Origin: Lenisia limosa
Lineage: Eukaryota > Protista > Breviatea
NCBI GenBank assembly: GCA_001655205.1
Contig: LPNZ01010410.1
Location: forward strand, 1-46,351
Length of the DNA: 46,351 nt
Reading direction: 5' to 3'
The notes under the pieces are model-generated. The model saw nothing but the letters and a program-made list of their open reading frames with translations. It searched no databases and was not told the origin of the DNA. A program made the position numbers and the translations under genes. Shown here piece by piece: positions 36,869-46,351 of this stretch. Every line of letters starts with the position of its first letter. Position 1 is the first letter of the stretch.

Positions 36869-39800
36869 ATGGCAGTGAAATCTCTGGGAGAGGCTGCATC
36901 AGTGTCCTCATTGCTACCAGGTATGGCGAATTTGTTGTCAATAAATTTGTAACGTTTCAGGCTATTATTTCTCGTTCCCTTATTTTTCATCCCTTCGAAG
37001 GTGGGCTGAAAGTATATTTAAACATTTAAAGTGGAGTAGATTTGTAACCTTCTCCAAGATCCATTTTGTAAAAACAGTTGCCTAATATTGGGTTTTTTGG
37101 TTAATGGGAAATGTAAGGTTACGTACATTACTACATGTTTCGCAAATAACCAACATCAGTTTGGCAATTGAAACCGGAATACAGAACGCCAGCCCCGCAA
37201 CATCCAATCTTCTGTTCCCAAATGCCAACTCTACCTCCCTTCCAGTGCTCCCCAGATCCTATCTCACCCCGACTCCCACTCCAAAACCAACCATCGCTGA
37301 GCATCCAAAAGTGTCCCCCATTCCCCCCCTCGTAAATGACCAGTCCACCCAGGGTAATGATTTATCTGAAGATTCGGTTCTTTTGACACCAATGAGACCC
37401 TTTGGTGAGTTGGGATGGTGCCAAATTTCCAACCTTGACCTAACAATTTCAGGGAACCGTCCCACTGGAATGTCCCCACGAGTCTCTCGAGTGTCCCCAC
37501 CAACTCATTCCTCTGACCATGCCAAACAGGCTTCCCCAGGTAAGTGTCAGGTTCCTAGTGCCTTTTCTTGATTTGCGTGAATTATAATGTCCTTTTGTGA
37601 TAGCACCTAATCTGCAGGGTTTGACAGACGCTTATCATCTCGGGACCTCAGTACGCCTTCAAGATTGTGGGAGGGGTGACGAGACGATATTGTATTACTA
37701 ATATCTTTTTTTTACTATCTAGAAGAAAAACCATTCAACCTCCACCAAAATTCCACGAGGAACCGACAGGTGGGTTCTTACAAATACATAAAGAGTTTTT
37801 TTTGAGCAAGCGTTTACTTTTTAGAGCTACATGCAACTATCTCTTCATTATCCTGGAAATTGGACCTTGAAAAAGAGTGAGTGAAGCAGTTTTTTATTTC
37901 TTCAATGTTGACTTTTATTGATAGTCAATTTACAAGAGCAAATAATTGACGATTCAGAACTGTGGAAAGATTACAACAATCCCTTGCTGAGCAAGAACAC
38001 CAGAACTGCAAAAGTGGGAACTTAGCACAACTTCAACGTCAAAATCCAATCATAATTTTGTTATGTTTGTTAACAACCCAGTGTCAGCTGACTTGAAGTC
38101 TTCACACATTGAAAGGGAAGTTATCTCCGCTGAACGTAAAGGTTATTGGAATGAATGAAAACTCAATTTTTCTCAACACAATGACACTTTTAACTATCCA
38201 GGACACGCAGCCCTCCGTTCGGAGTTTGCTGAGCTCCAACTTCAACTCCAAAAATCAGTGCGTTCACTTGAGGCACATCATGACTGACGATTTCTAGGAG
38301 CTTTCTAGGGCCCAGCTTCAAGATAAACTCACAGAGCAAGCCGGACAGCTGACGTCAGCAAGGAGGTCTCTTCAGGATGCCTCGGAGCGGTTCACTGGTT
38401 GGCTGCCATCGTTAAATGGACTCACTGCTTTGAGCGTTTTACTATTTCCCATTGGGTACTGCACCTGCTCATTTGATAGGATTGGCAGCTGGTATGGCAG
38501 AGAGCAGGGAACTTCGCTGCACCACTGAAGAAAAATGTAAGTACCAGACATGTCGCTTCATTCATCTCTCACAACACAATATAGTGCGACAATGTCTTGA
38601 GGAACTGGAAAACACCAAGTTTAGGCTACACGAAACCAAAAACAGGAACCAGTACGCCGATGACACTTCGAGAAATGACATTCAACATGAAATCCGGAGC
38701 AGCATCACGGAGGAACTGACTGCTCAACATCAGAAACAGCAGGATGAACTGCGAACTGTTCTCAACACCCAGCTGACAGCACTTCAGGAAAAGTGCGAGA
38801 AAATCTCCAGTGACCTGGCTCATGTGGCCATGGAGAAAACGGAAACTGATCGGGCGTTAAAAACGGCAAGAGAGGAAATCACTCTCAAGGACAATGAAGT
38901 CACAAGGCTTCAGGAAACTGTTAAGTCGCTGAGTGACCGTCAAGTGCTGAAGTCTGACGAGAACAAGCGGCTTGAAGAGCAGGCCCAAGCATCCTCAGAT
39001 CTGGCCCAGCAGCTGTCAAGAGAACACAGTGTTGAAGTTGCTGGCTTGAAGAAGCAACTAAGCACTCATGAGAAAACTGTCGAGCTGCTTCGTACTGAAT
39101 TGGAGGGTCGAATCCAGGCTGACAGTCACACTAAAGAACAGCATAAGGCTGAGGCCAGTGCCGCCAACGATCGGGCAAGTCAAGCTGAAAGACGCTGTGC
39201 TGATTTGGAAAAGCGCTTTGAGTTGGAGGACTCGTTTACTCAATTGCCTGGTATGCCTGGTTTCATTCTGTTTTCTATTTATTTTATTTTTTCCCCTGTA
39301 AATGTATTACAAGATAAGGTTACTTTTTACTATTCTCAAGAAGGTTCGCTGTACATATCACTCCTTCAGACCCTTCGTTAAACGAAACGACCCTGAAGTT
39401 ACAGCTTGAAGAAACCAGGCAACAATTGACCTCTGCACACGCCCAGCTCACTGCCTCCCAAGAAAGGGCAGCCATATTGGATAGCGACTTCGAGACTCAG
39501 CAGTCTCTCCTCGCCAAGTCTCAAAGTTGGAATGACTTCTTCGACTTTTTCTTGAAACTGGTGTTGACTTTTCCCAGGCCGGCTTGAAGCAGCCCAGCAT
39601 ACCATTGCCACTGTCAAGCAGGAGCTGGGCACTTCTGCCGCCGAAGTCGAACAGCTGAAGGTCCTGCTCGAGTCCGAACAGTTTGCAGGGCTTTGGCAAC
39701 GGCAGCGTTGATAATGCTGACTTTTCAGAAAAGACAATGAGCAAGGGTTGGAAAGACTCAAGTCTGAGCTGCAGCAATTTAGGCAAGAATCTTATAAAAG

Positions 39801-40771
39801 TATGGCCTTGCAGAAAATAGAACGATATAATAAGATAAACATGTATCGTCGTCTTACCATTGTACAAAATTATATGGTAGTTTCATAATATCTGAAATTC
39901 TATCCGTTCACAGTGTTTAGTGAGCCGGGACCAGGACTCTGTTGAAGGTAAGGTTGCTAATGACAATGCCATTAAAGACGCCCTTCTGACAGAGTCTATT
40001 ACAAGTGGGTGGATCGACTGCTTTTTTATATTTCGTATTCAATTTTCCTCACCACCCAGCATCTATTCTCTCAATGAAGGCTGCTATTCTGTCCATCCAC
40101 CAGTCCATCAGACCTGCCTCCAACATGGAAACTATCATAAACATCCCTGAACGTAGGTTTGGTTTGTTTTTATTGTAATAGTTCGTTGCCTTCTCGACTG
40201 TATGACATACTACATGTATTTGGCCACTACTCTATGTGATAATTGATTCAAAACAAGTTTACTTCTCTATAGTTCCAGATGGGGCCACACCAACTGATGT
40301 TCTGGCGTTAGTGAGATCGCTTTCTGTTGTGAGCTGAGGAATATCTTTTATTCGAATCTCTGGCTCATTTAACTTTCAAAATGCCGTCTTTTGGTGCATT
40401 ATGGGAAATTATTGCGCAGGGCCTCTCGGAATCAATAAAAGAGCTCCAAACGGCGACAAGTGATTTCTCGACCCTGTATACTGACATGATGGGGAGTCTC
40501 AAGAGGTCTTCCACGGTCAGTGATTACTCTGTTTTATTATCTAATTGAAGTAGGCAGAGCAATCTACAAACAACCCCCTCCTTGATTACCTCAATTAGTG
40601 TTTCTTATTTATTTAATAGTTGTGTACATTATTAGTATTATGTTATTTATATGCATATATAGTAGCTATAATATGATATACTATAATAGATATATAGTAT
40701 ATGATATATATTACATGTATAATGTAATGGTTCAGAGGAAATCTCCGATTATGCCTCAGAAGAAAAGTTGA
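36869..40771 (+). CDS. Long coiled-coil hypothetical protein with Pro-rich N-terminal region (multi-exon)
   Basis: The 309-aa ORF 38452-39381 is mostly a heptad-rich E/K/Q/L exon. Further coiled-coil exons follow (TLKLQLEETRQQLTSAHAQL, GLERLKSELQQFRQE). Predicted stop TGA at 40769-40771. Confidence 0.65.
40610..40725. repeat. TA-rich low-complexity intronic tract (TATAGTATAT/ATATGATAT-like); similar tracts at ~3385-3465, 18075-18135, 19170-19215, 41705-41865, 42045-42140 and 46258-46300
   Basis: Read directly: near-absence of C/G runs and recurrent ATATGATATA and TAGTATAT words. Confidence 0.7.
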
Positions 40772-40830
40772 ATGTTAAATTGAATTGAGACATCAATAAT
40801 AATTACATCTAATATATAAAGCTGTTTAGG

Positions 40831-43057
40831 CTACTTAATCCAAATTTGGTGAACAGTAGGAGAGTCGACAGACATATCGTCACATTCCCACCTAAATTGT
40901 GTGACATGCAATACATGGAAAGATTTGCCCACCTGTTTGCAAGAAGATTCCAGTGACGAAGTCCCGCTAAGTAGAACGAATGGTTGTAGAGAGGTAGTGA
41001 ACTCACTTGGGGGTCACAATTACAATTTATCAGAGATACTATCAACTACAACCAATACTCCAGCATACAATGGACAGAATCTGCACCTTTCGGAATAACT
41101 GCGTTATGATCGGCCTGAAGGGTGGAGGTGGTTTTCTGATGTGTTATCCTCAAACGAAGCTGCCGCTTTTCGGATCCAAAAGGAAGCAAAACACAAATTT
41201 GAAATACCAACCAAATCACTCAGAATCGCAGCTGAAGTAGAACCTCCTGTTGGGTAAATGATAGGGCGATTAAATGATTGAATTTTGGAAAAGGCTTTGG
41301 AGTTTTATTTTCCAAAATTTGGTAACACTGTCCAATGCCCAGATTTGCCTCGTCATACCAGGATTTCCCATCATGTGACCTTTGAAGAGGCTTCCCGTTA
41401 CGCTAATAGTATCAGAATGGTTCTTGTAACAGATGAAAAAGGACACCAATGCAAACTTGAAATGTAAGACAGTTGAGGATTTAGCGCAGTACCACAGGGA
41501 AGAACTGAACTAAACGATAGTAAACGACAACGTGACATCGGATCGAAAAAGAACAGTACAACATAATACAATTATGGGAATTTATTCCAAAAAAAAGTAC
41601 CTCAACAAGGTTCATGGTTTCTGTAGACATATGACCCCAATCATCTTGGCCAAATGAGTCATCTCCTGAGGGTGGGTGGTAAAAGCATACTACACAATAG
41701 AGTGGATATAATTAGATACATGTATACATACATATCATTTGATATGATATGTATAATTCAGTTAACTGCTTATACTTAAACATATATGTATGTATATTAT
41801 ATCATATGATATATATATATATACTACATACTATATATATATTACTATTATGTACATTAGACAAAATGCAAAACATGATAAGGTGAAACTTGTTGATGAA
41901 ATAAAAAATAGAACATTGGGAGGTTCACACACCTAAGGATCTTGGCTGGTAGTTTGGCCCGACCCCAGTGGCTAGAACAGAAGTTGTACGTGAGGAAACC
42001 GTCTAAGGAAGGTGAGATATAACCTACATCCGCAGTCTTTTATTATGTCATAATATATTCACGACCTTAGTAATTATATCATAGTAATATAGCTATATCA
42101 TATATATATATAGTATATGCATATGATAGGTAATATTATAGCAATGAGAAATAAAAAACAAGGCTGTATCTGGTCGTAGCCGTCTACACCATCACGCTTA
42201 GAGATATTGAATTATAGTACAATATTAATTCACCCAATCATTTGCCTTACAACTATGTGCACACAGCTTTCTGCGTGCCTCATCAATAGCTATATCGATA
42301 TATTATTTGTAAGTCTTATTTTAGTAAAAGAGTCAAAAAATAGTGACGTATATATATGATAGTGTTGACATACATTTGCATAGGATAACGCCAGCATCCA
42401 AGGACCATCAGGCTTGTCAAAGTCGCAATAGACCTTCAAAATGCTCCCTGATTGCAGCAGTCTTCGTTGACCTGACACTGGGCATCCTAAGGAGTGACCA
42501 TGAACCCTAAAACTGAAAGAGTCATGAACATAGTGCAACCTTCTTCCTGAGACTCCAAACACGAAGCAAACACCATCTTGCTACAAATGCTCGCATCCAA
42601 CTGCATTTTGTGAGAAGAGAAGTCTTTTGTTCTTCAAAAACACATTCTTTTTGGATTTATCTCTCCCCATATGAACTCACTTCGGATAATTTAGTGTCAA
42701 GGCGCGACTCCTACAATCATTAATTGTGAGCATCCCTTTTGTGATTACCTCAAAAGAAATATATATTTTAAGTTTGAAAAAATAGAGTCACACTTACCGC
42801 TTCATCAACGTATTGCTTGTTGGCAATGTGCATGGGTAGTGAAGGAGCTCCAACCTCAATCCCAGTCGAGCTTAACCTGAGTAGTCTGTTATATGCCAAT
42901 TATCGCATAAATTGCTGTGAAAGTAATAATACTCAAATAGGATGGGAAACAATCATTATCCAAAGAAAAGGTAGAAAGGGCATGCAACCTACTTAAAGCA
43001 AGCACAGCTGGAGATGATAAGAACAAGGAGAAAGCAGGTGATGTGATTCATGGCCAT
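40831..43057 (-). CDS. Secreted protein with fibrinogen-like (YCD-x-GGGW-type) C-terminal domain
   Basis: Signal MAMNHITCFLLVLIISSCA; PMHIANKQYVDEA; ASCLE...ILKVYCDFDKPDGPWMLALSYAN; DDWGHMS; WYCAKSSTVLHFK; LYNHSFYLAGLRHWNLLANR|WECDD...TVHQIWIK-TAG. Confidence 0.7.
42161..42281 (-). ncRNA. Family A element, long copy 4, in intron of fibrinogen-like gene
   Basis: GAGGCACGCAGAAAGCTGTGTGCAC...AGTTGTAAGGCAAATGATTGGGT...AATATCTCTAAGCGTGATGGTGTAGACGGCTACGACCAGATACAGCCT followed by TGTTTTTT. It is sense within the intron following exon ...LSYAN. Confidence 0.6.
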
Positions 43058-43792
43058 CTGCAGAGAAGGAACCATGATGCCTGACACTTAACAGGGAATA
43101 TAGGACTAAATAGGGTAGATGATAGGAGCCTCCGCGGACCTCGGATCGGAGGCTGGGTTTGTTTTGCTGCTGGTGGGTAGCGCTGGGTAGGCGTTGTATT
43201 CCAATTGTATTTCTGTCCTAATTTATAATTTCAGGGGGTCTCACAGGTGGGAATGAGGTTGAAGCCTGAAGTCACAAAAATTTCGCCGCAAATGCCGCAA
43301 TTTTTGGGGATAAGGGGAGGGGGGGCTGGCTCTCGGTCTCGGTAAAAAGACTGAATTTCTCGATAAATCCTCGAAAACTATCGATATTTTCCCGAACAAG
43401 TGAACAAGTGAAGCCTCTGCCTCGGTTATGGGTAGTTAGTGTAACTCTCTAACTGGTGTTGATTTTCATGCGTCCAATCAACGTCCAACGCCATCTGATT
43501 TGCATCAGCCCCAAGAGTCTCCTCGTACGAGGTAGTAAGACTTAAAGACGCAGGCGGGTTCAGATGGGTTCACTGCGTCTGTCAATATCCAACGTCTTTC
43601 TGTTCTTTACCACTTTTAGACAATCTGCCGTCTGTCCGCCATTCATCATTCTAATTAACTGATTTTATAGCTCTAATAACCTTGCTTCTGAGTAAAACGG
43701 TGCATATCGGGATGAATAACGAATTGGAATACATAATCCTCCTACATTTCCTCAACCATGTAACAATGGACACCAAGCTACAAGCAAGTTGT

Positions 43793-46351
43793 TTACTCAT
43801 TGATCAGTGGAGTTTGTTCATCCACTCCCTGTGAAGTCGGTCATTCAATCGATGGTGAAACGGTAGAATAGTAGAGAATGAAAGAATGCAAAAAAAAAAN
43901 NNNNNNNNNNNNNNNNNNNNNNNNNNNNNNNNNNNNNNNNNNNNNNNNNNNNNNNNNNNNNNNNNNNNNNNNNNNNNNNNNNNNNNNNNNNNNNNNNNNN
44001 NNNNNNNNNNNNNNNNNNNNNNNNNNNNNNNNNNNNNNNNNNNNNNNNNNNNNNNNNNNNNNNNNNNNNNNNNNNNNNNNNNNNNNNNNNNNNNNNNNNN
44101 NNNNNNNCTCCATCGCCGAAATTCTGAACTCGTGAGAAAAATACACACGTAAGTTCTTATATGCTCTCACAAACCTCAACAACAGCTCCAGAAGAGAGCG
44201 CCACAATTAGCTGAGGTAAAACAACGAAGAAGTTATAAACACCCATAAAACGGCCTGCGTCTTTTCCTGCAAGGTGAGTAGACTAATGATGGTTGAAGAG
44301 GGGACACACATGAAGGCCACTTACCAGCTACTCTCGAAACGATGATATAAGGGATCGCCATGGTTGTTGCCCATGGAATGCCGATTGCGGAAATAACGCC
44401 CAAAGCCGCCCATTTGGTCTGAGAGTAAAAACGATCACAATTGGAAGACACGAATGAAGAAAAAAGGTTGACTAATTTGGAAAAATAATTGCGTTGATTT
44501 ACAACCCTTGAAATTTCCGTTGTTTCACCAACGGCTCCATTTCTCATATATTTATGAACAGTTATCGTCATTTCCTCGTCTATTAATAAAACAATTCGAA
44601 ACTGAAGTAGCCCTTTGGGCTCAACCCGTTCGCTTCTCTTACCTGTATTTTGAGAGTTACACCGCAAGCGATAGCGACGATAAGTTGACCAAAACCGTAC
44701 ATAAACTAAAAATGATGAGTAAATATCAGGGCAAACAAGACTATGATGTCAATTGTCCACTTTTGTGGTGTATTAATCATAAACAACAAACTAATGATTC
44801 CGTTCAACAAACCTTCAAGTTTGTGATCTTGATAAGGAAGGGAAGAATCAACTGCATGGTGAGACACAGTACATTAAGTCCGAAAAGTACCGACACCCAC
44901 CGAATAGACCAAGACAACCGCGGCATTGACGGCCAGGCACAGGCTCGTCCAACGTACACCCTCGTCGTAGTTCTCTTTCAGCTCCGAGCCGTCCTTTGCT
45001 GATGCATCACCTGAGTAAACATCTTCTCCTGGGGGGGGGGGGGTAAANNNNNNNNNNNNNNNNNNNNNNNNNNNNNNNNNNNNNNNNNNNNNNNNNNNNN
45101 NNNNNNNNNNNNNNNNNNNNNNNNNNNNNNNNAGAAATTTTAGAAGGTCAGCCAAATGTTCATGTATGAAATGCTCCATACCCGAACAGAAGAATCTTGG
45201 TGTTCAAGCCCTGCATACCGACCCAGGCGGAGATGTAAATCTGATACTCGAACCAAGCCACCCAGGCAATCAGCTGGAATAGGCAGATTCGCCACATTGC
45301 TGACGGCATTGACTTCATTCCACTGATGATGGACTTGAAGGGATTCCCGTTTTCTGACCGATAAGTTGCTATCGTTGACATGGACAAGAGAGCCAAGAAT
45401 AAATCACTAACTGGATTTTGTTGCAGTGAGAGGGTACTCCTTGGTGCCGAAGATTGTGACAAGGCTAGAGAGCAGAATAATGGCGATTCCCAAGGTGAAG
45501 ACGGCTCTGACGTTGTTTCCAAAATACGGCATGTAGTCAACAAGGTTCATAGCTCCAAGTCCGTATGCTGCGAGTTGCCCAGCTCCTGGGACAATTACGA
45601 AAAGACACGGAAAAGAGTTAATTTAGAGGAGTGAACCGTTTTGAGCCAGCAGGACAACTTACCCATAAGAGCCGAATAGAGGGAGTTTCCACTATTTTGC
45701 TGGGACTCGGGAGCAATGTCAACCTAATTGATTAGCAGATACACATACTGTAATATCAGAACAAATATGTTGCTGATAAACGCTTTTCAGTTCCCCCGTG
45801 ACTACTAAAGTCACCCACCAGAATCGCTCTGCACGGTCCTTGAATTGCATTCAAAGACAAATCAAAGATCCAGAAGCCGATCAGCTACATGATGAGATCA
45901 AGTCAGTCAGAGGGTTCTTATCCAAACTAAACTATGACACACCACTGTCACCCCGTACCGCGGTCGCGATTCCCCTTGGTCGGGTGTCTTCGTCATCTCC
46001 AAAGTATTCTCCCACCCATTGTGCATTCGAAACAATAATCATTGCAATTACTGGGGGGGGGGGGNNNNNNNNNNNNNNNNNNNNNNNNNNNNNNNNNNNN
46101 NNNNNNNNNNNNNNNNNNNNNNNNNNNNNNNNNNNNNNNNNNNNNNNNNNNNNNNNNNNNNNNNNNNNNNNNNNNNNNNNNNTATACACTGATCGTGATA
46201 AGACTTGACCGATTTTCCTTGGAAAAACCATACAGCAAATCAAGACTTATTCCAATCACTGTATATTTGATATAGTATATCATATAGTAGCTATATAGTT
46301 CACACCGTCCATATATCTGTGAATTGTCCTCTATCTGTGAAAACATGCCAA
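43793..46351 (-). CDS. Sucrose/H+ symporter family MFS transporter (SUT/SUC, SLC45-like), 5'-partial
   Basis: LIGFWIFDLSLNAIQGPCRAIL, MPSAMWRICLFQLIAWVAWFEYQIYISAWVG, YDEGVRWTSLCL, GIPWATTMAIPY and GRFMGVYNFFVVLPQL. Predicted last exon GVDEQTPLINE-TAA. Confidence 0.88.

Larger units (their letters stand above)
303..46182. other. Ten assembly N-gaps: 303-378, 4745-4841, 4997-5109, 6280-6360, 10119-10198, 17273-17346, 34535-34587, 43900-44107, 45048-45132, 46065-46182
   Basis: N runs in the sequence. Five abut G or C homopolymers and two abut A homopolymers. They interrupt several gene models. Confidence 0.98.

Noticed and set aside
43127-43154. 8-bp hairpin AGCCTCCG/CGGAGGCT as a terminator
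   Set aside because: The locus is eukaryotic and there is no U-tract. At most it is a 5'-UTR structure upstream of the fibrinogen-like ATG.
43804-44206. ORF-track entries spanning N-gaps (also at 4668-5185, 6155-6425, 10006-10303, 45798-46346) and most other 60-130 aa ORFs
   Set aside because: They are artefacts of N runs, antisense frames or exon-plus-intron read-through, not standalone genes.
4983-46064. G/C homopolymers beside gaps as functional G-quadruplex elements
   Set aside because: Their true length and context are hidden by the gaps, and they are more simply explained as causes of sequencing dropout.

Overview
Eukaryotic nuclear DNA from an intron-rich, probably unicellular eukaryote; the lineage cannot be determined from this window. 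Exons are short and most introns are about 40-100 nt GT-AG, so the supplied ORF track captures only fragments. I spliced genes by eye and gene ends are approximate. About 13 genes: a kelch protein, a U-box (UBOX5-like) protein, a PSMG1/PAC1-like proteasome chaperone, a hypothetical protein, SNRNP40, a three-RRM Rim4-like protein, an EF-hand/WD40 (WDR49-like) protein, an MLO-like membrane protein with a hugely expanded third intracellular loop, an orphan secreted protein, ETFA, LARP1, a coiled-coil protein, a secreted fibrinogen-like (YCD...W) protein and a partial SUT/SLC45 transporter. Two non-coding repeat families stand out. (A) A dispersed structured element of about 115-120 nt in four copies; three are intronic and sense to their host genes, and all end in a T-run. 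I cannot assign it to a known RNA class. (B) A box C/D snoRNA triplicated in three LARP1 introns, with a guide complementary to the SSU rRNA GGUAGUGAC region. Ten assembly N-gaps are present. I saw no tRNA, rRNA, CRISPR or transposase.
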